From: Candidatus Latescibacterota bacterium
GTDB lineage: Bacteria; Latescibacterota; UBA2968; UBA8231
Direction of reading: 5' to 3'
Length of the DNA: 64,000 bases
Assembly (NCBI GenBank): GCA_965204725.1
Contig: OZ242005.1
Span: forward strand, 4,256,001-4,320,000
In this document: positions 29,638-37,709 of the stretch, one piece after another
How the letters are laid out: every line of letters starts with the position of its first letter
How positions within the stretch are numbered: position 1 is the stretch's first letter
Notes under the pieces: model-generated
The model's input: the letters and a program-made list of their open reading frames with translations, nothing else
What the model was told of the DNA's origin: nothing
Database searches by the model: none
Position numbers and translations under genes: made by a program

Positions 29638-29675
29638 GAAGTGTGCCCCAGCTAGAACCAAGAAAGCGCAATACA

Positions 29676-30242
29676 ATGAGAAACTACGAACTCGTATGTA
29701 TCTTGGACCCCCAATTCGGCGAGGGCCAATACGAGCAAATCGTCGAAAAATACGAGGCACTCCTCGAGGAAAACGGCGGGGAAGTCGTCCGAATCGACAA
29801 TTGGGGTCTGCGGCGTCTAGCCTATACCTCGGCTAGCCTGAAGAACCGGCTCCAAGGCTACTACGTGCTCTACCAGTTTTCCGCCGCGCCGACGGCGATT
29901 GAAGGGCTAGAGCAGACGCTCAAGCTCGACGAAACGGTGCTGCGCTACCTCGTCACCGCTGTCGAAGGCGACTTCATCCACGTCCCCGAGCTAGCCGCCG
30001 ACAATTTCCTCGAAGAAGCCTTTGCCCGACCGGCCCGGGGCCCGAGGCACCGAGGTGGCCCGCACCGCGACTCCCGCGGCCCAAGATCCCGCGACGAGGC
30101 CCGCGGTGCTGCCCCTGAACGCGAGGCACTTGATGACGAGGAGAAGGTAGCGGAGGTAGCGGAGGTAGCGGAGGTAGCGGAAGTAGCGGAGGCAGGGGAT
30201 TCACCAGCAGAGGCCGTTGTCCAAGAGTCCGACGACTCTTAG
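29676..30242 (+). CDS. rpsF: 30S ribosomal protein S6 with long C-terminal extension
   Basis: MRNYELVCILDP, WGLRRLAY, GYYVL, VLRYLV. Confidence 0.95.
   Translation: MRNYELVCILDPQFGEGQYEQIVEKYEALLEENGGEVVRIDNWGLRRLAYTSASLKNRLQGYYVLYQFSAAPTAIEGLEQTLKLDETVLRYLVTAVEGDFIHVPELAADNFLEEAFARPARGPRHRGGPHRDSRGPRSRDEARGAAPEREALDDEEKVAEVAEVAEVAEVAEAGDSPAEAVVQESDDS
30147..30191 (+). repeat. 9-bp tandem repeat (GTAGCGGAG)x5 encoding (VAE)5
   Basis: Five copies read directly; the fourth ends in GAA. Confidence 0.95.
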
Positions 30243-30251
30243 AGTCGGCAT

Positions 30252-31070
30252 GTGCCGATGCTGATTCTGTTGGGCATAGTGCTGGCGGTCGCTTCGCTTT
30301 TGGCCAGTTTGCGCTACGGCTCGCGTGGAGCCTTGCCTTTGATCGGTCTGCTTTGCTTGGGCACCGCCATGCTGCTAGGGGCTACGTTGGGGCTAGTGCC
30401 CATTATGGGGTTGCTCGCCGTTTTGCAAATAGAGCGTCAGCAGACCTATGGTCGCGTCCTAGCCATGGCCTGCGCGCCGGCGGCGGGCTTGTGTCTCTGG
30501 CAGCTAATTCAGGTGCGCGATGGCGTCCATCGCCAAGAGCAAGCCGCCGCTGTCTTAGAGCAATTCCAAGCCTTGGGGATAGCCGTTGAGGAAGGCGGCC
30601 AGACGCTAGGCGCGATGATCGACGCGGTCCTGCGGGTGCAGCCGGCCATTGAGATGGCGACCCTGCTTTTGACTTTTGTCATAGCGTATCGGTTGAGTCA
30701 GGGCTTGGCCTTGCGGCTGGGGCTGGGGCTGCCTGCTCCCCTGCCGCTGTCCTTGTGGCGACCTTGGGAAGAGCTGATTTGGGTATTGATCGCGGCCTTA
30801 GGGCTAAGTCTTTTGGGCGACGGGTTGTTGGCCGATTTGGGCCTTAACCTGATCGTGTTGATGGGAATTATCTACGGGGTTCAAGGATTGGCGGTGCTGC
30901 GCTTTTTCGCCCAACGCCAACGGGTGCCGCTTTTGGTCGAGCTGTTGTTTTACATAGGGCTTTTTTTTGTCGCGGGATTGGCGTTTCTGCTCTTAGCAGG
31001 GTTAGGGCTTTTGGATACTTGGTTTGATTGGCGTCGGCTGCGTCCAACGCCCGCGGAGGAAGAAGCGTAA
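30252..31070 (+). CDS. DUF2232 (YybS-like) membrane protein
   Basis: Multi-TM; QGLAV and GLLDTWFDWRR motifs; typical position before rplI. Confidence 0.85.
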   Translation: MPMLILLGIVLAVASLLASLRYGSRGALPLIGLLCLGTAMLLGATLGLVPIMGLLAVLQIERQQTYGRVLAMACAPAAGLCLWQLIQVRDGVHRQEQAAAVLEQFQALGIAVEEGGQTLGAMIDAVLRVQPAIEMATLLLTFVIAYRLSQGLALRLGLGLPAPLPLSLWRPWEELIWVLIAALGLSLLGDGLLADLGLNLIVLMGIIYGVQGLAVLRFFAQRQRVPLLVELLFYIGLFFVAGLAFLLLAGLGLLDTWFDWRRLRPTPAEEEA

Positions 31071-31114
31071 GGCCCAAACAACATCGCCGTTTTCTATGAA
31101 GTGGAGGACAAGTC

Positions 31115-31558
31115 GTGAAAGTAATTCTGTTAAAGGACATTGAAACCTTGGGTTCGGCCGGCGAGGTCGTGGAAGTAAAGAACGGGTATGGTCGCAACTT
31201 CCTGATTCCTCGCAACGAGGCGTTGGTCGCTACCGTCGCCAACATGGCTCAGTTCGAGTCTAGGCGCAAACAGCAAGAGACCTTATCCGAGCGCGACCGC
31301 CGGGCCGCCGAGGCCCTCGCCAAGAAGCTCGAAGCGGAGTCTATCACCGCGCAGGTCAAGGTCGGTGAGGAGGATCGCCTTTTCGGCTCGGTAACCGCCC
31401 AGAACATCGCCGAGTTGCTCGATGAAAAGGGCTACGAGATCGATCGTCGCGCCATCCTTCTTGAAGACCCCATCCGCGAATTGGGTGTTTACAATGTCGA
31501 AATGCGCCTCCACCCGGAGGTGACAACAGCGGTCAAGCTCTGGGTCGTCAAGGAATAG
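31115..31558 (+). CDS. rplI: 50S ribosomal protein L9
   Basis: MKVILLKDIETLG..G.VVEVKNGYGRNFLIP, LFGSVT. Confidence 0.98.
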   Translation: MKVILLKDIETLGSAGEVVEVKNGYGRNFLIPRNEALVATVANMAQFESRRKQQETLSERDRRAAEALAKKLEAESITAQVKVGEEDRLFGSVTAQNIAELLDEKGYEIDRRAILLEDPIRELGVYNVEMRLHPEVTTAVKLWVVKE

Positions 31559-31598
31559 CGCGACGCTGGGTGCCCTCCCACCTCAACGGAGGTAATTC

Positions 31599-32534
31599 AT
31601 GCCAAGCAGGGTCTTGCTCCTTTGCTGGATGTGTGCCGCGGCCACCGGCTGCGCCCCGGAACATTCGGGAGGTCCCGGTCCCTTCGGGCGCGTCGGGCAG
31701 GAAGTATGGCGCACCGTAAACAGAAGCCACCGCGGGGCCGACGGCGTCTTGGTGCAGGCGACCTTGCACACCTTCGCCTATGAGATCGCCCGCGCCTATG
31801 CACGGGCTGAGCGCGAGGACTTAGGGCAGGAGCAGCTCGAATTCCGCATCAAGCAGCTACTCTACTCTTATGTTGATGGCACTTACCCAGCCGAAGACGG
31901 CACGGACCTCAACAACCTCTACTTTCAGTATCTGATCTACGTAAATCCGTCCTTCGACGTACATAACCCCCTACAAAAACGCGCCTTCAACATCTGGCGA
32001 GCCGAATACATACGCCGGGTCGTCGATTCCATCTACGATCCCAAGTTCCCCATCCTGCGCGACCGCTACGACGACCGTTGGGGCTTGACGCTCTACAGTC
32101 GTCTGGTCTTTACCGTTTATCTGTCGAGCGGAGAGTCCCAACTCAATCCATATATTGCCGATATTGGTGCGCGCACCTTCTTGGTCAATCAGCGAGGTAC
32201 GCGCTTCCAGCCGAGTGGGACGTTTGATTACTACCCCTACCAGAGCGACCGCCCCGAAGGCGAGGTGCTCAACGGCAAGACTTACTACCGAGTCTTCTTC
32301 CCCAATCGCAAAAGAGACGACAAGACGCCTATTATCCGGCGCGACGACGACTATCTCGAGCTACAGATCGAAAACTTGGGCGATGTCCCGTTGCGAACCC
32401 TGCGCTGGGAGCGGTCTCTCGCGTATCCAGAAATGCCTTCGCGGCGCTTGCCGACGGAGGCCGAGGTAGCCGAGCGCAAGGCGGCCGTGCGGGCCGAGCG
32501 CGCGGCGCGGGCCGAAGCCGTGCGGACAAAGTAG
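31599..32534 (+). CDS. Hypothetical lipoprotein
   Basis: GGAGGT SD, AATGC lipobox-like motif, 311 aa; family not recognised. Confidence 0.75.
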   Translation: MPSRVLLLCWMCAAATGCAPEHSGGPGPFGRVGQEVWRTVNRSHRGADGVLVQATLHTFAYEIARAYARAEREDLGQEQLEFRIKQLLYSYVDGTYPAEDGTDLNNLYFQYLIYVNPSFDVHNPLQKRAFNIWRAEYIRRVVDSIYDPKFPILRDRYDDRWGLTLYSRLVFTVYLSSGESQLNPYIADIGARTFLVNQRGTRFQPSGTFDYYPYQSDRPEGEVLNGKTYYRVFFPNRKRDDKTPIIRRDDDYLELQIENLGDVPLRTLRWERSLAYPEMPSRRLPTEAEVAERKAAVRAERAARAEAVRTK

Positions 32535-32603
32535 CCCCCTCGGTCTCATTGGTGCTATTGGGAAGTCATTCTATATTTCTGCGTACTTGGACGAGCATGT
32601 TGC

Positions 32604-32702
32604 GGGAGCGGATGCGTGCCTGGTGGCTGTCGCGGACTTCAAATCCGTTGCGGCGTAGCGAGAGTTGCGCTGGGTGGGTTCGATTCCCACACGTTCCCGC
32701 CA
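32604..32702 (+). tRNA. selC: tRNA-Sec (UCA)
   Basis: GCGGA-CTTCAAA-TCCGT anticodon arm, long variable arm with GAGA loop, GTGGG-TTCGATT-CCCAC T arm, GCCA end. Confidence 0.93.
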
Positions 32703-32740
32703 GAATTTTAAGTAGCTGTAAAGATAGCGAGAGACCAGCG

Positions 32741-35380
32741 ATGAAATGGACTTGGGCAGCGTTGTTGATGGTGGCACTGGCGTGGGCTCAAGACGCGACC
32801 GTGGTGCCAAGTGCATCCGGGGCAATTCCGCCGGACCGTCTGAGCGAGAACATCGCGCTAGGGGCGAGTTACACGATGGAGCCGGGGCCGAATTACGGGC
32901 TTTGCTCGGACCCCGGCGATCACGAGCAACTGACGGATGGGGTCTATACGGAGGGCTATTTCTGGGCGCAGCTATCAACCGTGGGCTGGCAGGAAAAGAC
33001 TCCCTCGATCCTGACGCTGGATCTGGGTGCGGTGAAATCGATCCGAGGGGTGTCGTTCCACACGGCGGCGGGTTTTGCGGACGTGAGGTGGCCGCTGACG
33101 ATCCGCATTCTCGTGGCGGGAGAAGACAGGGAATTCCATGAGATCGGGGACCTAGTACAGTTGAGCGCAGGACAACACGGTCCGCTCGTACCGACGAAGG
33201 CGAGCGATGCCATCTGGGCCCGGGATGGCGCGAGTTTCAATGAAGCCGAGATACATCATCACTACGACCACCACCGGGATCGCTACCCACCGGAGATCAC
33301 CGCCGAAGTGCGTCGGCAGATCCTCCGAGATCTCGACGAAGAGCGCGCCGCTAAGTATGGAACCTATCGGTACTGGACGGACCGGTTGCGGACGCACGGG
33401 CGATATGTCAGCCTAGTTGTGTGGAACGAGCCGTACACGTTCGTGGACGAGATCGAAGTTTACGCGGGAGAGCCGGGGTGGGTGGATGAGCCGTTGCCGG
33501 GGCCGGCCATTGCAGACGTGAAGGAGTATGCGCGCCAGATCGCCATCCAGAAAGGGATTCGGACGCGCCTTGTGCGGGACATCCAAGCCCTGAAAGAAGC
33601 GGCGGCCAAAGAAGGTGTCCCGGTGCAGACGCAGGGCGATGTGCTGGGCGAACTGGCATCTGTAGAAGAGGAGTTGGAGTTGGCCACCGCGTTTGGAGAT
33701 GACTTCGAGGCCGTGCTGCCACTGAATCCGTGGCACGAACGGGTGTTGCGGACGCAGGCGTGGCTCTGGCGCGCCAAGGGATTGGAGCCGCTCACGTTCT
33801 GGTGCTCAAATCTGTGGGATCCGCTGCCGCTCATCGGTACGCCGGACACGGCGGCGGAATTGGCTGTTGAGGTGCATCTGATGCGGCGGGAATACCGTGC
33901 GGCCGCGTTCAATATAAGCAACAGCAGTGACGAGCCGATGCAGGTGATGTTCCGCTTGAGCGGGCTGCCCGGGGGTGACAATCCGGGGTATGTGACCGTT
34001 CACGAGGTGGCTTGGACGGACACGCGGTCCGGGGTGCCGGTAGCGGCGGCTCTGCCAGAGGTTGCTGTCGAGAACGATCTGTATGCGGTAACCGTGCCCT
34101 CGGGCATGACGCGGCAGGTGTGGCTGACATTCCATCCGGTAGATGTGGAGCCGGGCACCTACGAGGGCGAGGTCGTCGTGGAGTCCGTGGCCGAGGGCAG
34201 GAAATTCCCGTTGCGCATGTACCTGTATCCTCTGGATTTCCCGGAGAAGCAGTCGCTGCATCTGGGCGGATGGGACTATACGGATCGGGTCGGTCATTTC
34301 CGCTTTGTGACAGAGCAGAACCGATTGGCACTCATTGAGCACCTGCGCGAACATTACGTCGACTCGCCGTGGGGCCTCAAACGGGTGCTGCCGCGGGGTA
34401 CGCACAATGCACAGGGGGCAATGGCGGTGCCACCCGCCACCGCCTATTTCGATGCTTGGATCGAATTGTGGCCGGATGCAGCCCAGTACCTCGTGTTCGC
34501 GAAAGTGGGCGACCATTTCGAGTCGTGGCCCATGGGTACGCCAGAATTCACGACCGCGGTAAAGGCGTGGGTGACGTTCTGGGCGGAGCATATAGTGGCG
34601 AAGGGGTTGAAGCCGGAGCAGTTCGCGCTGCTGCTGGTGGATGAGCCTGACGAGCCGTGGATGGACGAGCGCATTCTGGCGTGGGCGAAGGCGATCCGCG
34701 AAGCAGACACGGGCATCCGCATCTGGGAGGATACAAACCACCGGGACATGGACGCCGCGAATCAGGAGATGATTGATGCGTGCCACGTGTTGTGCCCGAA
34801 CTATTCGGCCTTCTTGAGACAGGGCGAGGACTATCGCGACTACTACCTAAAGAAGCGCGATCAGGGGATCGGCTTGGAATTCTACTCGGCGTGGACGGGT
34901 CGAGTTTTTGATCCGTACGCGGGTCGGCTTATGGCGTGGTCGAGTTGGCGCTACGGGGCGACGGCAATCCATATATGGTCATTGGGCGACACGGCCGGTG
35001 CCTCATCGTGGAACGAGTATCTGACGTTCAAGGATCCATACACGCCCTTGTTTATCGCCGAGGACTCGGTGACGGCCGGGAAACACCTCGAGGCCGTGCG
35101 GGAGGGGGTAGAGGACTACGAGTATTTCGCCATGCTAGATCAGGCGATCGAGAACGCGTCTGCGCAGGGGGCGACAGGTCCGGAGGTGGAGGCGGCGCGT
35201 CGCTTGCTGGAGAGCCTACCGGCCCGTGTCTGTGATGCGGTGGGCCACGAGGGTGGAATTGACTCCGACCAGCCGCTGGGCGGCTTTCATTGGCTGAACG
35301 AGAAAGTGGACCGTACGCTGGCGGACAAGGCGCGGATCCAAGTGTTGGAGACCTTGACGGCGTTGGTTGAACACCATTGA
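32741..35380 (+). CDS. Secreted glycoside hydrolase-like protein (DUF4091/GH123-like C-terminus, N-terminal discoidin-like domain)
   Basis: Signal MKWTWAALL..AWA; LTDG and LTLDLG motifs; VDEP; HLEAVREGVEDYEYF. Confidence 0.7.
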   Translation: MKWTWAALLMVALAWAQDATVVPSASGAIPPDRLSENIALGASYTMEPGPNYGLCSDPGDHEQLTDGVYTEGYFWAQLSTVGWQEKTPSILTLDLGAVKSIRGVSFHTAAGFADVRWPLTIRILVAGEDREFHEIGDLVQLSAGQHGPLVPTKASDAIWARDGASFNEAEIHHHYDHHRDRYPPEITAEVRRQILRDLDEERAAKYGTYRYWTDRLRTHGRYVSLVVWNEPYTFVDEIEVYAGEPGWVDEPLPGPAIADVKEYARQIAIQKGIRTRLVRDIQALKEAAAKEGVPVQTQGDVLGELASVEEELELATAFGDDFEAVLPLNPWHERVLRTQAWLWRAKGLEPLTFWCSNLWDPLPLIGTPDTAAELAVEVHLMRREYRAAAFNISNSSDEPMQVMFRLSGLPGGDNPGYVTVHEVAWTDTRSGVPVAAALPEVAVENDLYAVTVPSGMTRQVWLTFHPVDVEPGTYEGEVVVESVAEGRKFPLRMYLYPLDFPEKQSLHLGGWDYTDRVGHFRFVTEQNRLALIEHLREHYVDSPWGLKRVLPRGTHNAQGAMAVPPATAYFDAWIELWPDAAQYLVFAKVGDHFESWPMGTPEFTTAVKAWVTFWAEHIVAKGLKPEQFALLLVDEPDEPWMDERILAWAKAIREADTGIRIWEDTNHRDMDAANQEMIDACHVLCPNYSAFLRQGEDYRDYYLKKRDQGIGLEFYSAWTGRVFDPYAGRLMAWSSWRYGATAIHIWSLGDTAGASSWNEYLTFKDPYTPLFIAEDSVTAGKHLEAVREGVEDYEYFAMLDQAIENASAQGATGPEVEAARRLLESLPARVCDAVGHEGGIDSDQPLGGFHWLNEKVDRTLADKARIQVLETLTALVEHH

Positions 35381-35396
35381 CCATGCCTTATATGAT

Positions 35397-36605
35397 ATGA
35401 AGCGCATTAAGGCGTGGGGCTTGGCCGTTGCGGTTGCCGCGGTTCTCGGCAGCGTCGCCCTGCTCTACTTCAACTATTTCGCAAACGGGACCATTGACCC
35501 GCCTCATGCTTTCCGGGGAGCGGCGAGCACGAGTGAAACCTGCCGCCCCTGTCACCGGTCGATCTACGATAGCTACGTCAAGACCGGGCACTACCTCACT
35601 TCCACTATCGCTACTAAGGCGACCGTTATGGGCGACTTCGGCGAAGGCCGCAATGTCGTGCGCACACTGCTGCCAGACCTACAGTTCTCGATGGAGGAAA
35701 GGAGGGGCGGGTTTTTTCAGACTGCTGAATACACCAAGGACACGACAGAGACATTCACCAAGCCCCTGCAGATCGTAGTAGGCTCTGGAGAGCGGGCGCA
35801 GACCTACCTGTTTTGGGAGGGAGACAGACTGTTCCAACTGCCGGGGATGTACTTCACCCCGGCAGAGACTTGGACGCTCGCTCCCGGCTATGAAAACTGG
35901 CTCGCTCTTTGGGAGGATCTGCCGAACAAAAGCCTCAGAATGCTGTACCAACGACCGATCGGCGGACGCTGCATAGAATGCCACGCCGCGACGGCCACGC
36001 CGGTAGGCTCGCCGGCCGGGTTTCGATTTCGTCCCGACAGCTTCGAGGTAGGCATTAGTTGCGCGAAGTGCCACGGTCCCGGCACCCAACACATTGCCTT
36101 CCACGAGCAGAACCCGGCAGCAGAGGAGGGCCGGCACATCGTCAACCCGGTCAGCCTGAGTCGATCGCAACAGATCTCTTCCTGCGCCCTATGCCATGCG
36201 GGGCAGGGCGTTCCGAGAACGCCGCCGCTGTCATTCCGTCCGGGAGACGAAATCTCAGCGCATCGCATATACGCGAAAGCGGAGCAGAAGAAGCTGTCGG
36301 TCCACGGGGGGCAGGTGCCGTTCCTGCAAGAAAGTCGCTGTTTTGCAGAGTCGGGCAGCATGACGTGCTCCACCTGCCACAATGTACACGAAGACGAGAC
36401 GGACGAGACCGCGCTGTTTTCGCGGAAGTGCCTGATCTGTCACGAGCAGGCCCACGCTGAAGAGCCCGAATTAGCGCAGGGCGACCGCTGTACCGAGTGC
36501 CACATGCCCGATCAACTAGCGAGCAATCTACCGGTGTACCACGAGGGCGAGGAGAGGTTCCTGTCAATGGCCAATCACCGCATCGGGATCTTCGAGGATC
36601 AATAG
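35397..36605 (+). CDS. Multiheme c-type cytochrome (7 CxxCH)
   Basis: CRPCH, CIECH, CAKCH, CALCH, CSTCH, CLICH, CTECH; N-terminal TM. Confidence 0.9.
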   Translation: MKRIKAWGLAVAVAAVLGSVALLYFNYFANGTIDPPHAFRGAASTSETCRPCHRSIYDSYVKTGHYLTSTIATKATVMGDFGEGRNVVRTLLPDLQFSMEERRGGFFQTAEYTKDTTETFTKPLQIVVGSGERAQTYLFWEGDRLFQLPGMYFTPAETWTLAPGYENWLALWEDLPNKSLRMLYQRPIGGRCIECHAATATPVGSPAGFRFRPDSFEVGISCAKCHGPGTQHIAFHEQNPAAEEGRHIVNPVSLSRSQQISSCALCHAGQGVPRTPPLSFRPGDEISAHRIYAKAEQKKLSVHGGQVPFLQESRCFAESGSMTCSTCHNVHEDETDETALFSRKCLICHEQAHAEEPELAQGDRCTECHMPDQLASNLPVYHEGEERFLSMANHRIGIFEDQ

Positions 36606-36638
36606 CGCACCGTCCATCGCCTTAAAAAGGAAAAACAC

Positions 36639-37709
36639 TTGATCAAGCAAGCATGCGGAATCGCAGCGGCCGTGCTGCTGGGTATCTCACCGTCTCAGGC
36701 CCTGCAGCGAACCGACACGGAGTTCAAGATCTTCCAGTTCCCCGCCAACATGATTCCCCGCATTGATGGCCAGACCGACGACTGGACGATGGTCCCCGAC
36801 AGCTATGTATATGGGACCGACCAGCTTTCCGACACGGTCATGGGAAACCTCACCAACTACGACCGCGAGGACTTGGACGTCACCGTGCGCGTCGGTTGGG
36901 TCCAGGGCCTGAACCGGCTCTATTTCCTCTACGAGGCATACGACGACTACTGGAATATGTACTACAAATACGGTGACTTGTTTGAAATCGCCATCGACGC
37001 GGACCGGTCCGGCGGGCCGAACATTGCCAATCCCCAGATTGACGACCCGTGGGAAAGCCACTTCCTGTTCAAGGGAGTGCATGCCCAGAACTACCACATC
37101 TTCACACCGCCCGGAGAAGGCCGGGATTGGGTGTTCGTCTGGGGGTGTCAGCCGTGGATCGGCAAGCTGCCGTATGCCAATCACGCGTACTCATACGATT
37201 TTGAGGAAGGGGAGAGCGGCCAGCTCGTGCTGGAGTTTTGGATCACGCCCTTCGACTACGCTCCGTACGATGGCCCGGAGCGGGCAGCCGTATCAAAGCT
37301 GGAGGAGAACAGCCTAATCGCCCTATCTTGGGCGGTCCTCGATTTCGACGAAGACCACACGAAATACGAGGGGTTCTGGAACCTTTCCCACGAGACGCGC
37401 ATGGACAGCGACGCCTCGAACCTGTGCGCATTCCGATTGATGCCGCTCGAGGCGGAATATCTCGATTCGCTCGAGGCAGAATACTCCTTTACGGTGGTCG
37501 ACATGGATCGCCGGATGGTCGCCTTCACGGATCGGTCCCGTGGAGCGATCACATCGTGGTCGTGGGACTTCGGCGATGGCACGTCGTCAACCGAACAGCA
37601 CCCGATTCACCAGTACGAGGAACCGGGCGAGTTTGTGGTTACGCTGGACATTGAGGGCCCGCAGGGAAAGGCCCGGCGCATCAAAGTGAACCAGGTGATG
37701 GTAAAGTGA
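36639..37709 (+). CDS. Secreted CBM9-like/DOMON-like domain protein with C-terminal PKD domain
   Basis: Signal peptide; P.IDG..DDW; WSWDFGDGTSSTEQHPIHQY (PKD). Confidence 0.8.
   Translation: MIKQACGIAAAVLLGISPSQALQRTDTEFKIFQFPANMIPRIDGQTDDWTMVPDSYVYGTDQLSDTVMGNLTNYDREDLDVTVRVGWVQGLNRLYFLYEAYDDYWNMYYKYGDLFEIAIDADRSGGPNIANPQIDDPWESHFLFKGVHAQNYHIFTPPGEGRDWVFVWGCQPWIGKLPYANHAYSYDFEEGESGQLVLEFWITPFDYAPYDGPERAAVSKLEENSLIALSWAVLDFDEDHTKYEGFWNLSHETRMDSDASNLCAFRLMPLEAEYLDSLEAEYSFTVVDMDRRMVAFTDRSRGAITSWSWDFGDGTSSTEQHPIHQYEEPGEFVVTLDIEGPQGKARRIKVNQVMVK

Noticed and set aside
32549-32740. N-terminal 64 aa of the 943-aa ORF
   Set aside because: Overlaps tRNA-Sec; the ATG at 32741 gives a clean signal peptide
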